From assembly GCA_963669435.1 (NCBI GenBank), contig OY770025.1:3445472-3509471 (forward strand): DNA of 64,000 nucleotides, written 5' to 3'. This stretch comes from Halieaceae bacterium (GTDB lineage Bacteria; Pseudomonadota; Gammaproteobacteria; Pseudomonadales; Halieaceae). Below the pieces are notes generated by a model. It was not told the DNA's origin. It did no database searches and was given only the letters and a program-made list of their open reading frames with translations. Every line of letters begins with the position of its first letter. Position 1 is the stretch's first letter. Shown piece by piece: positions 34,282-42,625 of this stretch. The position numbers and the translations under genes are program-made.

Positions 34282-35043
34282 CTACGGGTTGACGCTCTCA
34301 CCCCCATCCACCGGAAGAGCGTGACCGGTTATAAAAGCTGCCCTATCCGAGCAGAGAAAACTTGCTGCATACGCTACTTCTTCCGGCTTCCCTAGCCGAC
34401 CAAGGGCGTGAGAATTCGATAGCTTTTCCTTTTCGTTGGGGCTATTTTCGAAGTAACGTTCGATGCCAGGTGTGAGAATACCGCCAGGGCAGATGGCGTT
34501 GACTCTGATTTCCTGCCGGGCGTACTCTGCAGCGGCGGTATATGTAAGACCGAGTACCCCTGATTTAGCAGCGGAATAGGGGGACTGCTGGATTTCTCCG
34601 CGGATCGCGGCCATTGAAGAAATATTGACAACCGAGCCTCCCGAGCCCGCCAACATGGCGCCGATTTGGGCTCGCATACAGTAAAACACCGAGCTCAGAG
34701 TGGCCGCTATGGTCTTGTCCCAGCCCTTGTCTTCCGTCTCGTTAAGCGGTGCAAAGCTGGCGTTGAAAGCGGCGTTGTTGACGGCGCAGTCCAGTTTCCC
34801 CCAGCGCTGCAGGGCTGCATCTACCATAGCCTGGATCATTACCTTGTCGGTAACGTCAACCTCGAAAAACTCGGCGTCGCCACCGCTGGCACGTATAGAT
34901 TCGACGGTTTCCAACCCTTTGGCGCGGTCCCGGTCCGCCACGAGAACCGCCGCTCCATCCAGGCTGAATACAGTCGCTATGGCCTTTCCTATACCACTAC
35001 CCCCGCCTGTGACTACCGCAACCTTGTCATCAAGAAGTAGCAT
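34282..35043 (-). CDS. SDR family oxidoreductase (FabG-like)
   Basis: 'KVAVVTGGGSGIGKAIA', 'NNAA', 'YSAAKSGVLGLT', 'IRVNAICPG'. Confidence 0.85.
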   Translation of the reverse strand: MLLLDDKVAVVTGGGSGIGKAIATVFSLDGAAVLVADRDRAKGLETVESIRASGGDAEFFEVDVTDKVMIQAMVDAALQRWGKLDCAVNNAAFNASFAPLNETEDKGWDKTIAATLSSVFYCMRAQIGAMLAGSGGSVVNISSMAAIRGEIQQSPYSAAKSGVLGLTYTAAAEYARQEIRVNAICPGGILTPGIERYFENSPNEKEKLSNSHALGRLGKPEEVAYAASFLCSDRAAFITGHALPVDGGESVNP

Positions 35044-35212
35044 TTGTTGCCTCTTATCCTAATTGCGCCTTTGAATATTAGACGAATGCCCCACCCCAGG
35101 ACCACAATGTTACTGCGTTAATCGCCGCCAATTGTGGGCGGGTTGGTAGGGTATGCACCGGCCATAATCGTCTAATTGTTCAGATACTGAGTTGATATGG
35201 GGAGTCCCGTTG

Positions 35213-36190
35213 ATGAGTGAAACACTGGATACGAATACGCATCTGTCCATGTACCGGAAAATGGTTCTGGTAAAACTGAATGACGATAGATTGCACACAG
35301 AGATTCGGGCGGGCCGCCTGATCTCTCCTTTATATTCCGCCCGTGGGCAGGAAGTTATCCCCGCGGCAGTTTCCGTGAACCTGCAGCCGGAGGATTACGT
35401 TGTTACGATTTATCGAGGCATACACGACTCGCTTGCTAAAGGGGTGCCGGTCAATGATTTGTGGGCCGAACTCGCCGGCCGGGCTGCGGGTACCTGCAAA
35501 GGCAAGGGTGGTCCGATGCATATCACCCATCCTAAAACGGGTGTGATGGTAACCACGGGAATTGTTGGCTCAGGGATTCCAATCGGTGCCGGCCTGGCGC
35601 TCTCATCGGCGTTCAAGAAAGACGGTCGTGTAACTATTTCCAACTTCGGTGATGGTGCCAGCAATATTGGTTCTTTTCACGAAGGCCTGAATCTGGCCTC
35701 GGTTTGGAACCTGCCGGTCGTGTTTGTGTGCCAGAACAATCGATACGCTGAACACACAGCCTATTCCAAGGGTACGTCAATAGAACGCATCTCTGACCGC
35801 GCCGCGGCTTACGGTATGCCGGGCATCCACGTCGATGGGAATGATCCTATCGCGATGCATGCGGCGGCGAAAGAAGCCATCGATAGGGCCCGAAACGGTG
35901 GTGGCCCAACGCTGATCGAGGCCATGACGTTCCGCTTTTGCGGGCACATTATTGGCGATGACAGTCATTACATTCCCGAAGCGGAAATGGCTGAGGCCCA
36001 GGCGAATGATCCCTTGCCTCAGTACAGGCAGTGGCTGATTGATAATGGTCATGCGAGCGACGAAGAGTTGGCATCCATGGAAGCCGATATAGGCAACCAA
36101 ATCGATGCCGCCGTCGAGTATGCCTACAGCTGTGATTACGCTGATCCCATTGAGGTCAAGCGTGATGTCTATGCACACGAAATCGCCTAG
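35213..36190 (+). CDS. Thiamine-diphosphate-dependent 2-oxoacid (acetoin/pyruvate-type) dehydrogenase E1 alpha subunit
   Basis: TPP motif 'NFGDGASNIGSFHEGLNLASVWNLPVVFVCQNNRYA', 'GKGGPMH'. ATG 35213 preceded by GGGGAG. Confidence 0.85.
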   Translation: MSETLDTNTHLSMYRKMVLVKLNDDRLHTEIRAGRLISPLYSARGQEVIPAAVSVNLQPEDYVVTIYRGIHDSLAKGVPVNDLWAELAGRAAGTCKGKGGPMHITHPKTGVMVTTGIVGSGIPIGAGLALSSAFKKDGRVTISNFGDGASNIGSFHEGLNLASVWNLPVVFVCQNNRYAEHTAYSKGTSIERISDRAAAYGMPGIHVDGNDPIAMHAAAKEAIDRARNGGGPTLIEAMTFRFCGHIIGDDSHYIPEAEMAEAQANDPLPQYRQWLIDNGHASDEELASMEADIGNQIDAAVEYAYSCDYADPIEVKRDVYAHEIA

Positions 36191-36202
36191 GAGAATTTAG
36201 CA

Positions 36203-37189
36203 ATGAGCGAGAAAAAGATATCAATACTCCAGGCCATAAACATGGCAATCCATGATGCGATGGAGGCAGACGACCAGGTAATTCTTTTTGGGGAAGATGT
36301 AGCGGATCCCGAGGGAGGTGGCGTTTACCAGGTCACCAGGGGGCTCTCTACAACCTTTGGTGACATGCGTGTCAGGTCCACCCCGATATCCGAGCAGGGC
36401 TTCGTCGGTGCGGGGGTAGGGGCTGCAATCGGCGGTATGCGTCCAATCGTGGAAGTAATGATGGTTAACTTCCTCACCGTCTGTATGGATCAAATCGTCA
36501 ACCACGCGGCGAAAATCCGCTTCATGAGTGGTGGCCAGACTTCCGTGCCAATGACGCTTCGAAGCATGAGCGGCGCAGGTTTCAGTACCGGTGGTCAGCA
36601 TTCAGACTGGACTGAGGCCTGGTTCGCCCACACGCCGGGGATGAAAGTGGTTATGCCATCTAACCCAGCTGACGCTTATGGCCTCCTTCGAGCCTGCATT
36701 GAAGATGATGACCCGTGTTTGCACCTCGAGCATATGGCGCTTTACTCCGCCCGCGGTGCAGCACCGGAAAAAGGCCATATTGTACCCCTGGGCAAGGCCA
36801 ACATCGTCCAGGAGGGCGGTGATGTGAGCCTGATTACCTACGGGAAGGGCGTTAGCGACTGCCAGGCGGCCGCGGCGAAACTGGCGGAAGACGGTGTCAA
36901 TGTGGAGATTATCGATCTGCGCACTATTTCCCCACTCGACAATGATACGATTCTGAACTCTGTCGCCAAAACCGGCCGGGCTGTTGTTGTACACGAGGCA
37001 GTCCGCAATTTTGGGGTAGGTGCTGAAATATCTTCACGAATCCACGAACACCTGTTCTCAGACTTGAAGGCACCCGTGCAGCGACTCGGTGCAGCGGAAA
37101 GTCCTGTCCCGTTCAGTAAGCCTCTCGAGGAAGCTTACCTGTACAGCCAACAGCAGATTATTGATGCCGCGAAAGTAACGCTTGCTTAA
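36203..37189 (+). CDS. 2-oxoacid dehydrogenase E1 beta subunit
   Basis: 'VILFGEDVADPEGGGVYQVTRGL...FGDMRVRSTPISEQGFVGAGVGAA'. AGGAGA RBS. Confidence 0.9.
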   Translation: MSEKKISILQAINMAIHDAMEADDQVILFGEDVADPEGGGVYQVTRGLSTTFGDMRVRSTPISEQGFVGAGVGAAIGGMRPIVEVMMVNFLTVCMDQIVNHAAKIRFMSGGQTSVPMTLRSMSGAGFSTGGQHSDWTEAWFAHTPGMKVVMPSNPADAYGLLRACIEDDDPCLHLEHMALYSARGAAPEKGHIVPLGKANIVQEGGDVSLITYGKGVSDCQAAAAKLAEDGVNVEIIDLRTISPLDNDTILNSVAKTGRAVVVHEAVRNFGVGAEISSRIHEHLFSDLKAPVQRLGAAESPVPFSKPLEEAYLYSQQQIIDAAKVTLA

Positions 37190-37212
37190 TTGATTAAACC
37201 TCCAGGAGAAAG

Positions 37213-37446
37213 ATGATGAGTACTGAAATTTTACTTCCCAAAATTGGATTTTCGATGACCGGCGCCAAGTTTGTGGAGTGGCACGTCGATGACGGTGCTG
37301 AGGTCAAGGAAGGTGATCTGCTTTATTCCATTGAGAATGATAAAGCCATTGAGGAAGTACCGTCTCCGGGAACGGGCGTGTTGAAGCGGATGGCCGAGGA
37401 AGACGAGGAATATGAAGTTGGCGATGTCTTGGGTCTGCTCGAATGA
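37213..37446 (+). CDS. Stand-alone lipoyl-domain protein (E2 N-terminal domain as a separate 77-aa polypeptide)
   Basis: 'EGDLLYSIENDKAIEEVPSPGTGVL' carries the lipoyl-lysine DKA motif. AGGAGA RBS. The stop overlaps the next start (ATGA at 37443-37446). Confidence 0.8.
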   Translation: MMSTEILLPKIGFSMTGAKFVEWHVDDGAEVKEGDLLYSIENDKAIEEVPSPGTGVLKRMAEEDEEYEVGDVLGLLE

Positions 37447-38192
37447 GCGATCCCAATGAATTGAATCTCGCGCCGTGGCCAAAGGATGATTTTTCGGCCT
37501 ATGGCGAGGTGGACGTCCAGCCAATTCCAAGAATCCAGCAACTCGTCGGGTCCTTTTTAGGCCGCAATTGGGTACGCATTCCCCACGTTTTTCATCAGGA
37601 TGAGGCAGACATCACGCGCCTCGATGCCTATCGCAAGGAATTGAATGCGAAAAACCCCGAGCAAAAGCTCACTCCGTTACCCTTCATCATGAAGGCGCTG
37701 GCGGCTGCCCTTGCGGAGTTTCCGCAATTCAATGCGTCCCTGGATGGTGAGGGAAACCTGGTATACAAGAAGTACTTTCATATCGGTGCGGCAGTAGATA
37801 CGCCCGGCGGACTTCTGGTACCCGTGATTCGTGATTGCGACAGTCGCACGGTGTATGACATTGCGCAGGATCTCGCGACTGTTTCAGAAAAAGCAAGAAC
37901 CAAGGGGCTTTCTACCGCGGAGATGTCCGGTGGCTGCGTAACAGTAAGTTCTCTCGGCCATATTGGTGGTACCGGTTTTACGCCGATCATCAATGCGCCC
38001 CAGGTCGCCATTCTGGGCCTGACCAAGGCAGTGTGGAAGCAGGTTGTACACGCACCTGAAGAGGTCGAGTATCAGTACAGACTGCCCCTGTCGCTCAGCT
38101 ATGATCATCGAATCATTAATGGCGCCGATGCTGCCAGGTTCTGTGTAAGGCTTGCGCAATTACTGGCGCACCCTGAAGAACTGGTCGAATAG
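37443..38192 (+). CDS. 2-oxoacid dehydrogenase E2 acyltransferase catalytic domain only
   Basis: 'IPRIQQLVGSFLGRNWVRIPHVFHQDEADIT', 'LSLSYDHRIINGADAARF' (DHR catalytic His). No lipoyl domain and no peripheral-subunit-binding domain. Confidence 0.85.
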   Translation: MSDPNELNLAPWPKDDFSAYGEVDVQPIPRIQQLVGSFLGRNWVRIPHVFHQDEADITRLDAYRKELNAKNPEQKLTPLPFIMKALAAALAEFPQFNASLDGEGNLVYKKYFHIGAAVDTPGGLLVPVIRDCDSRTVYDIAQDLATVSEKARTKGLSTAEMSGGCVTVSSLGHIGGTGFTPIINAPQVAILGLTKAVWKQVVHAPEEVEYQYRLPLSLSYDHRIINGADAARFCVRLAQLLAHPEELVE

Positions 38193-38350
38193 GTAGCCCG
38201 GCGGCAGAGACTATATATCTACCAGCCAGCTCCATGTTGGCGAGTTTGCCGCCTGGGGACCCGTGGAATATTCGAAGTGAACAATGCTGAGACAGCACCC
38301 GGGTACAAGTGGCTTGAGACAGGCGCTGCCGCAGATAAAGGAGGAAAACT

Positions 38351-38659
38351 ATGGTTCAGGTAACAGTCCTATACCCCCGTACAGACGGAGCGTCTTTTGA
38401 TTTCGAGTACTATGCAGACCACCATATGGGGCTGGTGAGACGTTTCTTCGGCGAGGACGCGTGGGATATCCAGGTGGAGAGAGGCATAGAGGGCGGACGA
38501 CCGGGTTCAAAGCCTGCCTATGTTGCGCTGTGTCGACTACAGACCCATTCCAGTGAGACCTGGCACAAGTACATCGGCGAAAACTTCGACGAGTTTGTCG
38601 GGGATATTCCTAAATTCACTACAATACAGCCCAAAATCCTCTTCACTGAAATTCTGTGA
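38351..38659 (+). CDS. EthD family protein
   Basis: 102 aa. 'VTVLYPRTDGASFDFEYYADHHMGLV' is typical of the EthD/TIGR02118-like dimeric alpha-beta barrel. Strong AAGGAGG RBS. Confidence 0.7.
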   Translation: MVQVTVLYPRTDGASFDFEYYADHHMGLVRRFFGEDAWDIQVERGIEGGRPGSKPAYVALCRLQTHSSETWHKYIGENFDEFVGDIPKFTTIQPKILFTEIL

Positions 38660-38775
38660 TCTTACAGCCAGCGAGGAATGATAGTGGGGATAATCAAGTG
38701 CTCATAATTGGCAATGAAGTCCTCAGGAGGCATACTTGAGGCAGCCGTTGCTTAATCACCCGTCATGTAACCCTG

Positions 38776-39450
38776 ATGAACAAGCCCAAAGACAAACCCA
38801 TTCGCGAACGTATCCTGGAAACAAGCCTGAGCCTTTTCAACAACCACGGGTACCAGACGACCACGGTGCGAAAGATCGCCCAGCAACTGGACGTAAGCTC
38901 TGGCCACGTCCAGTACCATTTCAAGAGCAAAAATGACATCGCCTTGGCGCATTTCCCTTCGTTGGAGCATGAAATCGAAAGTCAGGTATTGGACGTTGTC
39001 AAACCCGATCAAATGTTTACACCTTATGTAGGTGCCCGGGATGCTATAGCGATAGTCAGGACCATCTGGCGATACCGTTTCATATTTCTCTCGCTCAATA
39101 CCTTGCTCAAGGAAGATGAGGAAATCCGCAGGAGATATTTGAGGCTCCAAGAGTCCATTATCAGCTATGCCGAGTCCGCCTTCCAGCAATTGATAGCGTC
39201 AGGAGAGATGCGCTTACCCGAGTGGCCAAATTCTCCGCGCTCTCTGGCAGAGAGCTGGTGGTACGTGTGGTTGGGCTGGCTACGAACCGAAGAACTGCAG
39301 TATCACGCCCACGATATGCTCCCCGACAAAGTCGTCTACGAGGGGGCTTTGATTACCTTTGGCGTGGTTTCGCCATTTCATAGTGAAGCCTTTGCCGAGG
39401 GCTTCAAACAGAGCTCTCAGGATATATTGCCTGCTTACTCCGGGAATTGA
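38776..39450 (+). CDS. TetR family transcriptional regulator (paralog 2 of 3)
   Basis: 'TTVRKIAQQLDVSSGHVQYHFKSKNDI', 'IWRYRFIFLSL'. Confidence 0.85.
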   Translation: MNKPKDKPIRERILETSLSLFNNHGYQTTTVRKIAQQLDVSSGHVQYHFKSKNDIALAHFPSLEHEIESQVLDVVKPDQMFTPYVGARDAIAIVRTIWRYRFIFLSLNTLLKEDEEIRRRYLRLQESIISYAESAFQQLIASGEMRLPEWPNSPRSLAESWWYVWLGWLRTEELQYHAHDMLPDKVVYEGALITFGVVSPFHSEAFAEGFKQSSQDILPAYSGN

Positions 39451-39589
39451 TTCCCGATTACCGTTTCCCGGACCAGGGGGCAATTCAACGTGTTTCATGC
39501 GACGTGCTGAGGTCTTTGACCTCGGTGTTCGTCTTAAAAGAACAACAGAATGCTACCAGCACTTCCCGTAGGCAATCAGGTGAGACGAG

Positions 39590-41005
39590 ATGAGCAAAGA
39601 AGAAATCTATGATTACGAAAGTGGCTATGTGTCCTACCCACACATCACTGATCCGGACGCGGTAGAGGCGAAAGCCCCCTACATAGATCACGGCACCGAC
39701 AAGCCGGATAAAAATCGATATATAGATCGTGATGAAGCCGAGTTAGAGTGGCAGCACGTATTTCGTAAGACCTGGTTGTTCGCGGGCGTCACCTTCGACC
39801 TTAAGAAAAAAGGCGATTTTTTTACTTACGATATTGGTCGGGAGGCATTCATCGTCCTGAAGGTCGGTGAAGGTGAATCGGACATTAATGTATTTTTCAA
39901 CGTCTGCCCCCATCGTGGTAATCGTCTTGTCACCGATGACTTTGGAAATATCGGCTCCAATTTTTATTGTAATTTTCATGGATGGAAGTTCAATTCCGAA
40001 GGCGAGAATATAAAGGTTAAAGACGAATTTATATTCCGCGAGGAGGCCCTGAAGACAAGGTTGTGCCTGAAAAAGGTGCGTTGTGATATCTGGAATTCTC
40101 TTATATTTATCAATATCGATGGAGAGGCTCAGCCCCTGGAGGATTACCTTGATGTAATCCCAGGGCATCTCAAGAACTACCCCATTGGCGAGTTTCGAGT
40201 GCTGCGTGACTTTGAAGCAGACTGGCCCGCGAATTGGAAAACTGCGATGGACGCATTTGTAGAGTTCTACCACTCTGACGATGTGCATCCCGAACTCATT
40301 CCCATTATGTCGACCTACGACGTGCAGTACGATTTGTACAAAAATGGCATGAGCAGAATGTTTCTCAAAAACGGCTTTGCCCCGCCCAGGTTGAATGATC
40401 GGGAAGAGGTGAACCCTTCGCTCAAGGCCCTGGTAGAGTTGTACGGCGGTAATAATGACGACTTTACCCATCTCAAAGGCCATGAATATAAACAGGCACT
40501 GGTCCAGACCAAGAGAGCGTGGGGCAAGAAACACGGCTACGATTTTTTCGATGATCTGACCGACGACCAGATTACCGATGACTGGAACTATCACATCTTC
40601 CCCAACATTACGCTCAACTGTTTTTCCGATGGTCTGCTGATCCAGCAGTGGAAGCCGCACCCGGACGACCCGAATAAGAGTTACTACTGGGCTCTCACCC
40701 TGTGTCTCCCCGTGGCCGATCCGGAGATTCGGGTAATGGACATTAACAACTTTGGTCCTGACAGCTATGGACCCCCAGGGTGGGATGGCTCTGAAAGGCC
40801 AGAGCGCGAGCGACCCAAGTGGGGAGTACCTGAAGATTGTAACTCCAAGGTGTGGGGTCACGTGTTGTGGCAGGATGCGGAGCGGGTTCCCAATGTGCAT
40901 CAGGGTATGCGATCAGAGGCATTCGATGGCCCAATTCTCTCGGAAGCAGAGATACGTATTCGACATTATCTGGCCGAAATCGATCGGCTAATCGGCAGGG
41001 ACTAA
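39590..41005 (+). CDS. Rieske [2Fe-2S] non-heme-iron oxygenase alpha subunit (paralog A)
   Basis: Rieske 'CPHRGNRL...(19 aa)...CNFHGWKF'. Mononuclear-iron motif 'DAFVEFYHSDDVHPE' (H-x4-H). 471 aa. Confidence 0.85.
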   Translation: MSKEEIYDYESGYVSYPHITDPDAVEAKAPYIDHGTDKPDKNRYIDRDEAELEWQHVFRKTWLFAGVTFDLKKKGDFFTYDIGREAFIVLKVGEGESDINVFFNVCPHRGNRLVTDDFGNIGSNFYCNFHGWKFNSEGENIKVKDEFIFREEALKTRLCLKKVRCDIWNSLIFINIDGEAQPLEDYLDVIPGHLKNYPIGEFRVLRDFEADWPANWKTAMDAFVEFYHSDDVHPELIPIMSTYDVQYDLYKNGMSRMFLKNGFAPPRLNDREEVNPSLKALVELYGGNNDDFTHLKGHEYKQALVQTKRAWGKKHGYDFFDDLTDDQITDDWNYHIFPNITLNCFSDGLLIQQWKPHPDDPNKSYYWALTLCLPVADPEIRVMDINNFGPDSYGPPGWDGSERPERERPKWGVPEDCNSKVWGHVLWQDAERVPNVHQGMRSEAFDGPILSEAEIRIRHYLAEIDRLIGRD

Positions 41006-41034
41006 GCCTCACAAGCCCATTTTGAGCGTACTGT

Positions 41035-41931
41035 ATGGCAATTTCTCCAAACCACAAAATAGTAAGCCCGCCATCGGCGGAAACGATATTCCTGCCTGCC
41101 AACGAATTCGAAGGCCAATCAGTGGTGGTAACGGGAGGTAGCTCTGGTATGGGGCTGGGTATGGCATCGGCTTTTGCTCGTGCTGGCGCGAATGTTGTTG
41201 TTATGGGAAGGTCTGAGGACAAGGCCATGGATGCGGCAGCATTCTTGTCGAGAACCGCCGCAGCCAGTGGTACCTGTTTCGGTGTTGCGGCTGATGTGCG
41301 AGATCCGGATCAGGTCAGTGCCGCATTCGACGTGGCGGAATCCAAGGTCGGCCCTATCTCTATATTGGCCAACAATGCCGGAGGTAATTTCCCGGCGCTT
41401 GCCGAAAAGATATCAACCAACGCCTGGCGGGCGATCTCCAGAATTGCAATTGATGGCACATTCATAGCTTCATCGGAGTTTGCTCGTCGCCTGAAGGGTC
41501 GCGGAGCGATCGGTAGCATTGTCAACAATAGCGCTCAATATATCTGGACTGGATTTCCAGGGGACGCTCATTCCGCCTCGGCCAAAACAGCGGTTGCAAC
41601 AATGACGCGATCGATGGCCCGGGAGTGGAAGGCTGATGGCATACGGGTGAATTGCGTTGCCGCCGGTATGTTTCCCCATGAACAGGCGGCCGCTATGGGT
41701 GGGCTGGACCAGGAAGTACTTGATACGTATGCAGGTATGGTGCCTGCCGGACGGGTTGGTCAAATGCAGGAGTTTGGTTGGGCGTCGGCATTTTTGTGTT
41801 CATCATTGGCCGGGCCGATTTCCGGCCAGGTTTTGATGATCGACGGGGGTGATAGCCTCAGGCGATCCTTGATATCCCCGGCGTATGTTCCCCCCAGGGA
41901 GCGAAAAGAAATTTGGGGATACGAGGCATGA
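41035..41931 (+). CDS. SDR family oxidoreductase (2,4-dienoyl-CoA-reductase-like subgroup)
   Basis: 'VVVTGGSSGMGLGMASAFARAGANVVVMGR', 'LANNAGGNF', 'SASAKTAVATMTRSMAREWKADGIRVNCVAAG'. Confidence 0.8.
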   Translation: MAISPNHKIVSPPSAETIFLPANEFEGQSVVVTGGSSGMGLGMASAFARAGANVVVMGRSEDKAMDAAAFLSRTAAASGTCFGVAADVRDPDQVSAAFDVAESKVGPISILANNAGGNFPALAEKISTNAWRAISRIAIDGTFIASSEFARRLKGRGAIGSIVNNSAQYIWTGFPGDAHSASAKTAVATMTRSMAREWKADGIRVNCVAAGMFPHEQAAAMGGLDQEVLDTYAGMVPAGRVGQMQEFGWASAFLCSSLAGPISGQVLMIDGGDSLRRSLISPAYVPPRERKEIWGYEA

Positions 41932-42527
41932 GTAACGGAGCCCAGTGGTTAGCGGGCAAAGTCGCACTCCTGGTTGGTGAGGGCCCAGGCCTTAAAGCGG
42001 TTGGGGAAGCAATTGTGGCTGCCGGTGGCCAAGTTGAGTACGGGGACTTTTGTGATGATTTGGAGGGCGCCAAGTCGGTGATTGGCGCCCATTCGGGCGA
42101 TCAGACTTCGTCTATCGATATCCTCGTCCATGCGGGTACCCGGCGCGCGCCCGTAGCAAGTGAGACCATGTCACTGGCTGACTGGCGTGATACGATGAAG
42201 GAAAACCTCGACAGCAAATTTTATTACTCCAGCGCCCTGGCCAATCAGGTTATTGGTACGGACCAACGGGCGTCTATTTTGTACCTGGAACCAGCCTCGG
42301 CCATCGATAGTACCTCCTCTATGGCGTCAAATGGTGCCATGAGCAGCCTTACCAAAACGCTGGCGACAGAGTGGGCCAGAGACGGTATTCGTGTTAACGC
42401 GATAACCTCGGACGTGAACTACGAGGGTGGCCTGGCTCAGTTGCAAGCACTGGGGCACCTGGCTACCTATCTGTGCAGCGATTATGCCGCCTATGTTACT
42501 GGCGCCTCCCTCGGGATTGAGGACTAG
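41928..42527 (+). CDS. Degenerate SDR-fold protein lacking catalytic Tyr/Lys (predicted non-catalytic partner subunit)
   Basis: ATG 41928 overlaps the upstream stop (ATGA). 'LAGKVALLVGEGPGLKAVGEAI' replaces TGxxxGxG. 'SMASNGAMSSLTKTLATEWARDGIRVNAI' has S/N where YxxxK is expected. C-terminal 'YLCSDYAAYVTGASLGI' retains the SDR signature. Confidence 0.65.
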   Translation: MSNGAQWLAGKVALLVGEGPGLKAVGEAIVAAGGQVEYGDFCDDLEGAKSVIGAHSGDQTSSIDILVHAGTRRAPVASETMSLADWRDTMKENLDSKFYYSSALANQVIGTDQRASILYLEPASAIDSTSSMASNGAMSSLTKTLATEWARDGIRVNAITSDVNYEGGLAQLQALGHLATYLCSDYAAYVTGASLGIED

Positions 42528-42625
42528 TAGCAGAAATTCCACATGGCCAGGCTCAGCCATGGTCCTTCGCTAGTAAATTCGAAAACCCTGGCGTATGCCA
42601 GGGTCTTCTACTCCTGATTGGAACG

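Noticed and set aside
37430-37460. The split E2 as a simple sequencing frameshift.
   Set aside because: Not fully excluded. However, the junction is a clean ATGA overlap, and the linker and subunit-binding segments are missing altogether rather than out of frame. A single indel would not restore a normal E2. It is kept as a finding with a read-level check requested.
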